Shown here: positions 13,582 through 27,921 of the stretch, one piece after another
Numbering within the stretch: position 1 is the stretch's first letter
Layout: every line of letters begins with the position of its first letter
Source of the DNA: Amoebidium appalachense
Lineage: Eukaryota; Protista; Ichthyosporea
NCBI GenBank assembly: GCA_963693365.1
Contig: CAVNZM010000014.1
Location: 930,001 to 994,000 of the forward strand
DNA: 64,000 bases
Direction: 5' to 3'
Made by a program: the position numbers and the translations under genes
The notes under the pieces: generated by a model
Databases searched by the model: none
What the model saw: the letters and a program-made list of their open reading frames with translations, nothing else
What the model was told of the DNA's origin: nothing

Positions 13582-13627
<46 letters not shown>

Positions 13628-13947
13628 TGTCCGTGTGCACCCTTGTGAAAGATTGTGTGCATTTTAAAACTCCATAAATATAGTGTGTGTCTGCGCGAGC
13701 GCGAACTCCGGTGTGTGCGCACCGTGCATGATATGTGAGCAGCCTCAAACATGTGCCCCTGCTTGTGCACGTGTTTCACGCACACGTGCAAATTGTGCTG
13801 GTGAAGTTTTGCATCTGACGTTTTTGTGTCCGGTCAATTAAGTGTGTACATAGGTGGCGTGTGCACGTGCTTGCGGAGTGATGTGAGGGATCTGAAAACA
13901 CCGTATTTGCTCAGATGTGCATGCAATTTTGTGTGTGAGTGTGTGTA

Positions 13948-13999
<52 letters not shown>

Positions 14000-14668
14000 C
14001 GTGCGTGCGTGCATCACGGTGTGTGTGTGTGTGTCTGTGTGTGCGTGTGCGTACGTGCGTGCATGTGTGTGTGTGCGCATGTGCGTGCGTGCGTGTGGTA
14101 CTGCACTCGCAATCTTGCACTCTTCGCTGTGCTTCTGTGTTTGTGTATGTGCCATAAAAAAAATTGTGCTTCAGCAGGCGGATGTATAGTTGAAATGTGT
14201 TGGGTGTACGTAGAAAGGAGAGGTGGGAAGGGTAGGGGGGAAGCGGAGGGGAGGGGAGGAGGCTTTTTGGAGAGAAGGCCTTGGGAGGAGGGGGAGAGAG
14301 GGGCGAGAGCCTCGAGCTCACAAAATCCTGTCCCATTTGGCAGATAACTGCCGCTGTGACATTCATTTTGTAAGTTTCCGAGGTTGAAAAGCTAGCTGCC
14401 TTGATTCTTTATTTGCCTTTTTCTGTGTACTTTCAAAACTTTCAAACGTGGAACTTCATAATCATTGAATTTCACTGTCTTCTCTTCTTTATCATAAGTT
14501 AGAGGTTAATGTTTACTATTAATATTAGCATTCCGGGCCACAAAGCTCCATAAGTTCTATTTTTAGTACACATACAAAATGATGCATGCACTATTACATG
14601 TACGGCAATTTTCTTTCGTGGCATTCATTCACTAAAAATGGAATAGAGTTGATGATGAGGTGCTGTCC

Positions 14669-15318
14669 TCACGACAGTGTCACAGTGTTGTTTAATAATG
14701 AATACCCTTCTTGCCGCACATAAAGAATATATTTCGAGACAGAGGCTATAAAGCAGAAACAAAAAAATGAGCAGAAAATAACCAGCAAAGATGGATGCAG
14801 GCAAAAATACGAAAATGTCATCCAAAAAACGCCAAAATAGCACCACCCTGGTGAGCACAGCCAGCCCCACTTCCCCTGCACTATCTCAGTGTCTGTGGTG
14901 CAGTTCAATGAATCGAACGGGGCACCGAAAACCGAGGGATGGATGGGGCTCTCAGCTAGAGTCCAGTGGTTATCAGAACACTGGAAGAAAGTTGACCCTC
15001 CAAGAAATGTGCCGGTGACAACGATGAAAAGTAAAAGCACAAGTGTCAGCATGCGCAATGCATATGGAAAGCGACAGAAACATCCCGCCCATGTGGACGG
15101 TGCGCATGCACGATGGGTGGGGTGTAGGCCGGTGGGGGGACTCCTTTCAATGGTGGGCAAGTGCTGCTAGCGCTGGTGGCTGTGTATGCGGGCGGAAGGG
15201 TTGCAGAGGCAAGCGTCTTACCATGGTCGTCATCATCTACATTGCAAGGCATCGTGACCGCGTGCTTGGGGCAGTTGCATGGGCTACGCGCCTCAACATC
15301 CCGGATGATGTTGACCAT
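14669..15318 (-). CDS. Intronless putative membrane protein with two N-terminal PPAY motifs; frameshifted near 15120
   Basis: Overlapping ORFs 15046..15336 (LPPAY, PPPAY) and 14669..15160 (hydrophobic LTLVLLLFIVVTGTFLGG, WCYFGVFWMTFSYFCL, SLLVIFCSFFCFCFIASV) join into about 216 aa if one C is added to a short C-run. Confidence 0.5.
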
Positions 15319-15958
15319 GTTGAAGGTGATGGACACCGTCGGTGACTCAGAAGAGTTGGAATAGGTTCAGCGTACGTATGTATACTATATGGTTGAGCTG
15401 TAAAGTGAACAGCAACGGGAGAGAATGCGCTTTTTATGTGGCGAAAACTGTTCAAACATAAACAAAACTGCAAGGCTTAGCTCCAAGGCGAGTCCCGAAG
15501 ATCGAGGCACTGGCAGGTTTGCGCAATCAAGTACCTGATTTGGCTTATGACCACGCACTTATTACTTGTAATAGATTCTCCTGGTAGAACATGTTGTTCT
15601 TGAAGATGATGAACTGAACCAGGCCTACAAGCAAGTTGTACACTACACAGTGTGACGATCGATTCTTCAGCATAATACTCAGCAGTGTTGTTGTTATGTT
15701 TACCCCTTGCAAAGGACAATGATAACTGCAATTGCAGGTGCATAGAATGGCCACAGCACCAAACAACTGGAAATTCTATGGGTGCAGGTTGATTGGCGAA
15801 TTGCAGCCCCGCTACCCGTGGACATCATCATCGGGCCAACAACAGTCAGTGATGGCTGCAACCACCAGCCGAAAAAAGCGCCCCACCGGCTCATGCACAA
15901 ACATTTCGGTTCACACGTGTCGAGGTTGTCGAACAGGATAGCCATCCGGTATGCCCTG

Positions 15959-16245
15959 CGTTAGCGTAGCACTAGTGATCGGGAATATTCGAGATATTCG
16001 GGATAAACTGGTGGATAGGTTCACAATAGATCAGGATAGATCTAGAAGAGTCTAGAAGATTCTATTGGAGTGTTTTGATTGGTAGCGACTAGATCCATAG
16101 CGGCGGGTAGACCAATCGGGAATGGTATGTAACATTCCAGTGAGCCAGACCACAAGTATATAAAGGTCCCGGCGGGCCAGTCAATGCAAGTCAGCAAATA
16201 ATAAAGTCTCACAGAGAAACCTCTAAGTTACAGAGGTGACTAACA
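15959..16245 (+). mobile_element. Candidate solo LTR
   Basis: About 290 bp free of microsatellites, bounded by (c)GTTAG...CTAACA inverted ends; CCAAT, TATATAAA (~16157) and AATAAA (~16200) in LTR order; TCTAGAAG repeats. The 5' TG is not intact and the target-site duplication is unclear. Confidence 0.4.
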
Positions 16246-16778
16246 CGTTAAGGGAGAGACGGTGCGGACGATGCGCTACACACCAGGCAAAAGGGCCCGA
16301 GGGGAGGGGGAGAGGAGAGGGGGACAGGGGGAGGGGGGCGGGGGGGCCGAGGGGGGGGAGGGGGGGGGAGGGGGGAAGAGGAGGGGGGAAGAGGTGAAGG
16401 GGGGAGAGAAATAATGAGAGAAGAGACGGAGAGAGAGACAGAGAAGTTTGGGATGAGAGAGAGAGAGGGGAGGGGGGGGGGGAGAGAGAGAGTGAGAGAA
16501 CGAGAGACTCAAAGAGGAAGAGGAAGAGATGGAAGACTCACTTACACACGTAGAGAGGGAGGGGGGAAGGAGAGGTGAAGTGGGAGAGGGAGAGGCAAAG
16601 GGAAGGGGTGGGAAGAGTTAGGGGGGGGAGTAGGGATAAAGGGGAGAGCAGAGGAGAAGGGATGGAGGGAGGCAGAGAGAGAGAAAGACTAGCCAACGTG
16701 AGGTAGGTGAAAAACCAAAGGTTAGTTCCCCAGAGGCTAAACATGCAGCCCAGGCTCCGGCAACTGTGTGTGTGTGTG

Positions 16779-16842
<64 letters not shown>

Positions 16843-17920
16843 CGTGCGTGCATGCGTGCACCGTGAGTGCGTGCGTGCGTGCGTGCATGCGTGCATGTGT
16901 GTGCGTGTGCGTGTGTGTGTACGGTGCGTGCATGTGTGAAACTGTGTGTGTGTGTGTGTGTGCCTGTGTGCGTGCGTGTGCGCGCGCGGTGTGTGGTGTG
17001 TTTGTGGGGGGGGGGGAGGGGGGGGAGGGGGGGGGAGGGGGGAGGGGAAGCTGGCTCTATAACGCTGAGCAGTCTGTAAGAAGAAGTTGAGAGAGCGGAC
17101 AGAGGGTAATTGACCAGAACAAAATTGCGCAAAAAGAGGAAAAATTAAAAGCTCAGAAAAACACTTACCCAAGAGGTAGAAAACTATCCATGTTGCCGTG
17201 CTAGGGTTGACAAAGCCGCAACACAACCCCGGGGCCAGTGATGGAAAGGAGGTCGATCGAGGGGTTCAGCCGGGATAGGGCTGGTGGGTCAAAGTTTGGG
17301 GCCGGGGGGGGGGGGAGAGAGGGGGGGGGGGGGGGGCTCTACTATTGCTTGTGGCGAAACTGTTCTGAGGCGTGTTTGTCTCCGTGAATGATTCACCACT
17401 TGAACAGAAACTGCGACGGTGTGCTTATTGCAAAGAAACGTATATATGCATGTCTGCGCACGGCGGATGTCGCAAACAAGCCAATGCTCGGTAGATGCAT
17501 ATGAGGCGTACGTACGCGGCCACAACAACGTAAACGCGTATGTACAAGACGGACAGAACGGTGTGTGTGCGCAACGGTTTGCGAAACCACGCTAGCGCTG
17601 TGGACGATGTTGGGTTGTCGGGCCGGAGTTGTTGTCTTTCTGGACAGTAAAGCAGCAGTGTAGTAGCGACTAAAGATACAGTTCTTTTTCCAGAACAAGA
17701 AGCAAGGGGCCAACTTTGCAGTCAGACTTCCTCTTTAGGCTTTCCCCTTCCCTCTTGCTAGGTTCTTTTTTTCACTCCATTTCTGCTTCACCCCCCCCCC
17801 CCCCTCCCCCTCCCCTCAACCCCACCCCACCACCTCCCCCCTTCTCCTCCCCCCTCCCCCCCCCCCTCTTTTTTTAATCTGCCCTGTCTTCATTCTTCTG
17901 TCCTCTCTCCCGTCACCCGC

Positions 17921-18690
17921 ATGTCTTTTCGTGGTGTGCGTGTGCGCTGTGGGCCGGCCATGGCCCACACCACGGTGGAGAGGCTCATGGAGGACATGCC
18001 TACCTCGGCAACCGTGAGACGTAGGCCGGGCCTGTTTTCGGGGTAAGTAACGTGGTGCATGACGTACAGGCACATGTTATTGATTCACTGACAGACACAA
18101 GGGCACACAAGCTTGCACACACAAAGGCTTATACGGACAAAGGTTCTCGCGTACAGGCATGTACACACGTTATCATTCCTTGTGTGCAGTGCACGGCTGC
18201 GTACGCAGAGTGACGGAAGCACACACATGCACATTGGCACACAAGGCCATGTACGTGCACGTGCTCAACCTCAAATACACACGTGCATAGACGTGGCACA
18301 GTCCTGCAAACCCACTGTCCTTGCGTCTTGCACGCAGACACGCGCCAGCCCAAGCATCTTTTGTGCAGACACATCATCAGAACAAGGCACATACTGTTCA
18401 GGCATGTCTGTGCGTACACACACTTTCACCTGCACACAGGCACACACGTGTGCATCAGTCGAGGCACCTACACACGCAACGCACGTGTGTACGTGGTGCC
18501 ACGTAACGAGCACCTGGTTTGGGGGGTTTCACACATGCACACATCTGGAGAAAGTCACGTGAAGCAGTTATTTCGGCATACTGGCACATACACGTAGACA
18601 CACACCTACACACACCCACACTCACCCAAACACACGTGCACGCACCGCGCGCGCGCACTTACGCACACACCCACGCGTGCGCGCGTGCAA

Positions 18691-18772
<82 letters not shown>

Positions 18773-19367
18773 AGTCACACTCCCTCACCCACTCACATAC
18801 AAAAGGCACACATGCGCACCAGCAAATAAACCGGCTGGCACACTCGCACAAACACATACTCGAGGCTGTGTCCCTCCCCCTTCCCCTCCCCCCTCCCCCT
18901 CCCCTTCCCCCCCTCCTCTCCCCCCCCCCCTCCCCCCGCCCCCCGGCGCCTTGGTCACCTCCACTACTCAACTGCAAGTTTTTATTCCTTTTTTAACCTA
19001 CCTACTCCGGCCGTTTCAGTGGAATTCTTACACCCGCCGGACTTCCGTTTACATATTTTTTTTTCACAAACTAACCCCCTCCCCCCTCCCCCCCTCCATA
19101 CACGTCCCCTCTTTATCTCTCTCTCTCACCCTCCTTCTCCATATCTCCCTCCCTCCGACCCACCCTCCCTTCCCACTTCCTGCCCCCCTCCCCCCTCCCC
19201 CCTCTCCCCCCCCCCCCCCCCCCCACGCGCCTTTTTTTCCCCCCAAGACGCTGCATGGTGTTCTGTGCGCAGGTATCTGTTCTTCTTGTGGGCATGACGT
19301 TGTTTGCTGCCGGCCTTTTGAGCAATGTCAGAGCCTCACAGCTCCAACAGTATCACAACTTAGTAAC

Positions 19368-19407
<40 letters not shown>

Positions 19408-19828
19408 TTCATCCTGTTTTCACCCTTTCCTCACAACCACATGCACACACAAACACACGACAGCACATATGCACACACATTAACAGAAGTATTGATTATT
19501 TCTCTTAGGTCAACTGTTTAACTTGCGGCCATGTAAGCCATATGGTGGCAGTACAGATGTAGAGTTCCTCAACCCTTGCCATGTGTGTGTAGGCATATCG
19601 TTCAGCACTGTGGACCCTTTGCCCGCACTGACATTTATCCACATAATTGTATTTAATGAGAGAGCAAAAGCAACATCAGTATTGGCAACGAACGACAACA
19701 TTAGCCATGCTTTTGCGTAAGATCAGGAAAACAAGTGGGGGCAAACGACAGGAAAGGGCACAAATAAGTCATTGAATAATCCAACACATATCCACGTGAT
19801 TGCCCTAATGATAGGCAACACACACACA

Positions 19829-19874
<46 letters not shown>

Positions 19875-20375
19875 CCAAACACACAGGCACAGGGATACGC
19901 GCCCACCCACCCACCCACCCACACACATACCCATGGCATACACAAAGACACGACACACACAGACAAGACATACATGCGAACATGGACATGTGCACACTAT
20001 CACACAGACACACAACACGCACACCCTGTCTCGTTATACCTATTACTATTTTCTTGCTTTTCACCCACGCCAATCTTATCTTCACCATCCCACCTCCACA
20101 CACCCTTCTACGTATTTATTCAACCCATGCCACCTTCCACCCCCTTCCACCCTTTTCCACCCACAGAACCACGCCCATGACGGGGATGGACAAACCACCC
20201 CCCACGGGACACGCAGCAATCCCCACCACCACCTCAAGAGTGCAATATGTTATCTGGTGGACCTGTCAGACCCCACCCATGTGTCGGACATGAAAAAGGC
20301 GCTGCATTATCTCGACAGGAACTATCTCTTTGCTTTTCCACACACCGTCATTATCTTTGTATGTGCTTTAAACAG

Positions 20376-20412
<37 letters not shown>

Positions 20413-20513
20413 GCCCCCTCCCCCCCCCTCTTTTTTTTAGATATACACACGCATACACATACACGCATGTGCGCGCACACACCCACGAATGCATGCCCGC
20501 GCGCGCGCACACG

Positions 20514-20589
<76 letters not shown>

Positions 20590-21031
20590 ATTTACGGCAG
20601 ATCCCGACTGCCGGTTCCATGTATGGTTTCCATGCACCATCACGACCACTCTCCATGTACATCCTTGTAGTATATGCACCACATGATATGTGTTCTGCAG
20701 TGTGCAGTATATAGCAGGCGCCATGAAACCTATGGTATTCGGTATGCAAGATGGAGTATATACCACACGATGTCGTATGCAATATACAATATGTACATTG
20801 CACTGTTTAATTGCTCAACTGTGTTTTTTTCGGGGGACATCTATTTCTCATGGACCGGGTGGGACCTATACTAATTGGGCATTGGTACCCACTGGCGGTC
20901 TTAATTTTTATCATTCCCCCCCCCCCCCCCCCGCTCTACTAATGATGCATACTTTCTGTGTGTGCTTTGCAATATATGCACCATGGTTTCTGTCGTGAAC
21001 GAGTACTTACCTATTTTTTAACGCATTCTAA

Positions 21032-21075
<44 letters not shown>

Positions 21076-22518
21076 AAAAAAAAAAAAAAGTACCCCCAAG
21101 ACACGTCAAACACGGAGAAGCACAAATCGATTCTTCGATCGGTGGCCCGAGTGGACTTTCAGAGGGTCGATCTGCCCGTGCCAAAGGTGTGTTCTGACTG
21201 GTTGTTAGCACGTGATGTGGTGAATGGTGTGTGTTTTTCTGTGGGAAAGGTGGGGTTTTTTTATTGGTGTGATCCCTTTCTTCTCTCTCTCTCTCTCTCC
21301 TCACCCGAGGATGGCTCTGCTTAATATGCATACTATTTATGTGCGGTCTGCTCTCTGCATTGTGTTGTTCATCGTGTATGTGCACTTCGTCCTCTATGAC
21401 CATCCCCCCCCCCCCCCCCCCCCCCCCCTTCTCCCCACCTAGCCTCCCTTTTTTTAAGGTTATCCCTGTCGCTGATATCTTTTGTTCATACCTGTGCTAT
21501 GTTTCCACCCTACTCGGTTGTTGTGGTTGTTGCGTTTAATTCTTGAGGTTGATATGTGTGTGTGGGTGGGTGGGTGGGTGGGTGGGTTGCCAGTGATGGC
21601 TTGGGGTGGGTGGGTGGGTGTATTTGGGGGGGAAAAAAGAAAAAGTGTATAGTAGGTGTTCGGATGATTTGCAGGGCAAAACAGATTCTGTATTAGCGAT
21701 TGTATATATGTATATCGATAACTCACATTCCCTCGCTCTGTTTTTCTGTTTTTTTTTATTTTTTTAAGGGGCTGGATGGGACTGAGAGGTGTCGGCACCA
21801 AGATTTCAGCTTGAGAGACTGCAGGGTGGCTCGGTTCTGGACTGGGCCCGTCCTGGACCACCTCAGACACTATGAGTATGAATCCTTAAATAAATAATGA
21901 TAAATTATAAATGAACCAAAAAGAAGTCGAGAGAGGTTAATGTAATAATCATATAGAGAACGGAAAATGATGGGAAGAAAATAGGAACGTTCAAAGTTTT
22001 TTAGACACTGACATCCCTGTTCCTATAGGTTTTTTAAAGAATTTATATTATCTTCCCCCCCGTTTCCTCCCCTTAATTGAAGTTAAGAGTTTAACCTCCA
22101 CTGATATCTAATACTTTCCCCCGTTGCTTCCTCCGAGGTACGACACATGGAGGTGTAATGGAAAGAAGGTTAAATGGATTTCCAGGATAGTTTTCATTCA
22201 TTTCCTTCTTCCATTATCGTGTCCCCTTAGGTGTTTGTACTTACTAAAGAACCTCTTTTTTCATGATTTTGACTCTAACCCAATGGGTGGACGGGTGCAG
22301 CTATTTTTGGCGCATGGAGCGGACATCGCTATTAGCCGGGCCTCTAATCTACGATGTGTTCGATCTGATGCACGACCACAGCCTGGGCTATGCTACAGTC
22401 GGTACCATGGGGCCAAGACTGAATAGGGGGCCAAAATGGTGGGTGTGTGGGTGTGGGCGTGTTTGGAGGGGGGGGGGGGGGGGAGGAGGAGGGGAGCAGG
22501 GGGGGGGGGGGGAGGGGG

Positions 22519-22550
<32 letters not shown>

Positions 22551-22564
22551 TGGGTGTGGGTGTG

Positions 22565-22635
<71 letters not shown>

Positions 22636-22707
22636 GTGTATGTGTCTGTGTATTTGATATTCTTTTTTGTTTGTTTGTTTTTTTCTCGGGTATTTTTTTT
22701 TTTTTGT

Positions 22708-22746
<39 letters not shown>

Positions 22747-22823
22747 GCAGGGGAAGAGGATGAGGGTGAGAGGATGTTCAGGCTGGTGGTGGTGGTGTCG
22801 GTAGTGGTGGTGGTGGGGGGGAG

Positions 22824-22864
<41 letters not shown>

Positions 22865-24600
22865 TGGGAAGGAGAGGGGAGAGAGGAAGAGATCGAAGGG
22901 GGGAATGCAAAGAGGACTGGTAGCAGTGTTGGGGTCACAGGGGGGGGGGGAGGGGAAGGGAGAAGGGGGGGTTGTGGAGGGGAGGGGGGGAGGGGGGGTC
23001 AACACGAATTCGTCTGTGCATAGCGATTGTTACAGTCCATTTCCTCGCTTTCTAACTGTGAATGACATGGTTTAGCTCCCCCCCTCCCTCCACATACACA
23101 CGCCATCTTATGCATTAGTCCTATACTAACCTTATGCATTAGTCCTATGCTAACTTTATGCATTAGTCCTATACTAACTTTATGCATTAGTCCTATACTA
23201 ACCTTATGCATTAGTCCTATACTAACCTTATGCATTAGTCCTATACTAACCTTATGCATTAGTCCTATACTAACCTTATGCATTAGTCCTATACTGACCT
23301 TATGCATTAGTCTTTCACAGCACCCCGAACACAGTGCATGGGCAAAAGGTACAACCCCCCCCCCCATGAAATTACAATAGGGAGAAAACAAAAACGAAAA
23401 AAGAAAGAAAAGGCGGAGGAATTAGGGGGGAAGAAAAAGAAAACAACAGGAGATATGCGACCGCAATATCTGCCCGCCAATAGATGAGTAGGATATAATC
23501 GCATTAGTATGTGTCTGTGCCTCTCCATGTATGGGCCCGTACCATTTCTTTATGAAGGATGATTTTTTTAAGGACAATCAGTTTCTGGGAGAAGCAGGAC
23601 GTGCACGTATGGTTAATGTGCGCACATGTGTGTGTGGGTCATGTAGGTGTGGTGATGTTGTTGTGTGTGTTTATGAACATGTGTGTGCATGTGGGTACGT
23701 GCGTGCATGTGCTGTGCGTGCATGCATGCATGTCTGTGCTTGTGTCTCTGTCTGTGTCTGTGTCTGTGTCTGTCCGTGTCTGTGTCTGTTAGTCCTAGTG
23801 TGCACATGTTGTGTGGTTGGTGATGACACCATGCACACTCCCTCAACCCCACCAAGTTTATACTCTGTAGTCACACTCACCACATGTGCACCCCCAGACA
23901 GCCACAGTAGCCTTCCCTTCTTCCTTGCCGACCACTCTGATCTGACTGCGACCAACTACACCTATCTGCTTACAAGGGTATGCGCTACACCCCAATCCCC
24001 CCTTCCCCCCCCCCCCTTTGCATGTGTCCTTCGTGTATGCGTACTTCGTACCGCGTTCCGCATTCAAACCCCCCCCCCCCCCCCCTCCCTCCCCCCCCCC
24101 CCCCAAAAAAAAAAAAAAAAAAAAAAAAAAAAAGCATCCAACCACCCCTCCTACTCCAATCCAACCTTGTGCACGCACTTACCACCACAACCCCCACACT
24201 CTGCCTATTCGATTACACCTACACCCAACTACTCATGGTGCAAGGCGTTTTCACATTACGAAACCATAGGAACAGCTCTGAACCTATCCTTTTGCTACCG
24301 CGCCATCCAAGGTGTTACCTTTTCGCTCTTGGGGCTTCGAGGCTCACTCTCTCTGAACCGACTTTCTGCTTGCCAAATGAAGTCTGTTATCCCCCCCCCC
24401 CCCCCCCCCCCTCCATCCATCCACCCTCCTTCCCACCTCCGCCCTTCATTGGAATAATCAAACGACCCCCTCGGAAGGAAACAAAACCTTCGATCTCCCC
24501 ATATCTTGATGTCCCGGCAATTATCAATTGAAGATTTCTCTCACAACCATCCTCTTAACGGCGTCCTTTTCTCGCTCTCTCATACCCCTCTCCACCATTG

Positions 24601-24636
<36 letters not shown>

Positions 24637-25317
24637 ATTTATTTATTTTTTTTGTTGCTGCCAACAAATACTATTTTTGTGTGTCTCCCACCACCACGTC
24701 CATTATATGACGTCATAGCACTAACTCTGTTTGGGCGCAGTGGAACGGCCAATCGTTCGACACATCATTTGAGGTGATGACTCCCCCTAGCCTCATCCCC
24801 CCGTTCCATCTGACAAATATGCAGCCACACATACAATCTTGCACCTTTCTCAGGATTTTCACCCACTCTCATACACCAGCGCACACTTCCAACACGACAC
24901 ACAAGCACGGGTGCCACGCACACAGACATCGGCAAAGTGCACACACGCACTCTCTCTCCCTCCCTCTCCCTCCCTTCTGTCTCCCTGTCTCTCTCTCTCT
25001 CTCTCTCTCTCCCCCCCCCCCCCCCCCCCCCCTACACACACACACCGGTGCTGTCGAAAAGCTTCCGTGTCAAAGTGAACACCACTTAGGCATCGGTGGT
25101 TTTTTGCTCCCACCGTCTTTCAAGATTCTGTCTACCGTTTTTTCTCTTTAATTTCTCTTTCCCTCACTCTGGTTCTGATTGGGGTTTTGATTTCATCTAA
25201 TCTGATTGGCTGTTTATCAGGTGGTAAGTACAGCCACATTGTTGTCTGCAGCAACGAGCCAGGCACTTGAGACCCTTACAGGCATGGGGCCCTCCTCACC
25301 CTCCTCCTCCATCCCCA

Positions 25318-25361
<44 letters not shown>

Positions 25362-25526
25362 ACTTTTTTCCTCCACCACCGACTTCTGGTATTCAGGCTC
25401 TTTTTCCTTTGTGTGTTTTCTTCTGTTTGGCTTTCGAGGGTGGGTCAGGTGCCGTGTGTGTGTGTTTGTGTTTGTGTTTGTGTTTTTTTTTTTTTTTTTT
25501 TTTCTTCTTTTTTTGTGTGTGTGTGT

Positions 25527-25563
<37 letters not shown>

Positions 25564-27250
25564 ACAAGGGGGGGGGGGGGGGGGGGGGGGGGGGCAGACA
25601 AGGGGGGGGGGGGGATGGGGGGAGGAGTGAATAAGACGAGGAAATTTGCCTGGAGTGAAAAAAACGTGGAGGGAGGTCAGATAAATCTGTTTCCTTCTAT
25701 TTGTGTGGTGCCTAAGCATGAAGGTATCTAGATGAAAGTGCATGTAATTTGCGTGTGTTTTGTCTGTGAACGTGTGTTCGTGTAGAATGTAAGCCCTTAC
25801 ATGAGGTATGCCAGTGGAGCAAGAACTTTATCGAGAAAGATTGAATGGGATTTTTTTTTTTTTTTTTTTTTGGGGGGGGGGGGGGGGGGGGAGGGGTTGT
25901 GTGAGGAAAAGTGTGGGGGGGGGGGGGGGGGGGGGGGGATAGTTATTACTGGGTAATGCTCGGTATTTCAGTTTTTTCTTGTTGGTGCCCCCCTCCATGA
26001 TTCTCTACGAGATGCGAGATATATATGGCAATTTTTCCTAGTATGGTTAACATTGGTCGGTAGGGATTGGGTGCATGGTGCCGGCACATGCGCCCATTTT
26101 GCATCATACTCTCCGAGTACTTACTTTCTGACATCTGATTGGTGCAGTTTCGGGGGATGTATTTCGTTGGGGGATGACAGACGGAGAGATAAAAACACTG
26201 GCTGTAGCAGGTGGGTTGGGCCGGGAGAGAGGAGGGAGAGGGGGGAGGAGGGGGGGAGGAGGGGGGAGGGAGGGGGGGATGTATGAATGGTTTGGTGAGT
26301 GTCTTCTTCCTACTGCTCTTCTCACTGTGGATGTGTATGTCCACATTGTTATTTACCGGTGTTGAGGTGTGTGTGTGCGTTGTGTTTGTGTGGGTGTGAG
26401 GGTGGGGGAGTGGAGTGTGTGTGTTGTGTGGGTGGGTGAGTGGGTGGGTGTTGTGCGTGTGACCGTGTGGGTGCGTCCGTGTGCTTGTGTGCCTGGTTGC
26501 CGGGATGTTTGTGTGCGTGTGCATGTGTTTCTGTGTTTGTCTGTGCGCATGCGCTGGCAAGCCGTGTGTTTACTCTTATGTAAAGTGTGAGTGGGTGAAA
26601 ATATATGTTGCAGTGGGGATGCATGATACGTAAACTGTTTACAAGGTTACGTTTTTAATGGCTACTTACATGCTCGAGCTCGTGCAACTGCATCTTCGAA
26701 TGCCCAAAATTCACAACTCCACGTGTCTACCTTACAGGTGATGTCTATAAGATTGATGGTACGTAGGAATGTGCCATGCCTTGATCTGATTGGTGTAAAC
26801 AGGCACTGTTGGGCGAAAGAAGATTGCATTCCTGACCGACATACTCTACTACCACGACGGGTGGAGGTGCTCTAGGGAGACAGGTACCCTTCTTTCCCTT
26901 GCCTCATCCGTTAATGCAAACCACCCAATCACATCTCCAACCCTCTTCAAACCCTCCCTTCCCCCCTCCTTTCTCCCTGTACATGTATGTCTGTCTCTGA
27001 TCCCTCCGTCGGATCCCACCCCACTACTTCCCGTTCTAGTGCCATCCAGCAACCCCCCCCCCCCCTCCCCCCCCCCCCCCCCCCCCCCCTTCCCCCACCT
27101 TATAAGTCAAATTCAGAAGCACATATTATGTGGCCGTAAATGATGTAATTCCTGTCGTGGCATGCACTGTTTTTTGCTTCCTGCTACTTGCACAGTTGTT
27201 GTGGCTGATTATATGGCATCGTAAAAGAGAATTTGGACGCGCGCAGGGAA

Positions 27251-27303
<53 letters not shown>

Positions 27304-27886
27304 CGCTTGGAAGGGGGACGTATTGTGCCAGTCTTTGTGGTTGATGCCGTTCATGCAGAGTGTGTGTGAGTGCATGTATGTGCACATGTGTGTGTCTGAG
27401 GATGTGTTTTTGTGTGCTATGTGTGTAACATGTTTTCATACAATGGGACGTTGAAGGGATGAGAAAAATTGTCTGAGTCACTTTGGGGGAATTTACGAAA
27501 TATCCGACTGATTTATATTTCCCTTGAAGTCTTTCAGCCGTTGGAACGGAGCTTGGCTCTTGCTGCGGTGCTTTTGGGGGGGTTTTTGTGGGTGGCCCGG
27601 TCATCTTCATGGGGCCAACACCACATGCTGTGGAGGAAAATTTACAATATGCGGAATATTGAGGTGCTTGGACCCCCCCCCCCCCCCTTATTTGTATTAT
27701 GCCTTATGCGTGCTTGCACTCTGCATTGTTTTATCCGTCGTGAATGTGTACGTCGTATTCTGGAACACATCCCCCCCCCTCCCCCAGCCCTCAACCCACC
27801 CACCCACTGCACCCCTCCCTTCCTCTCCCGTGCCGGAAATCTGTATTCGTCGTCTTCCTGCTTTAGGCCTCCTGCTTTAGTGCCTT

Positions 27887-27921
<35 letters not shown>

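Noticed and set aside
15477-15945. Short minus-strand ORFs next to the LTR candidate as retroelement or viral genes
   Set aside because: No gag, RT, integrase or other recognisable motif.
16266-17303. Minus-strand spliced gene (GTAAG donors near 17168 and 16545, hydrophobic snippets)
   Set aside because: Could not build a consistent stop-free exon chain or recognise a family.
23107-23312. CRISPR-like array
   Set aside because: Units are head-to-tail with no unique spacers, there are no cas genes, and the context is a eukaryotic intron.
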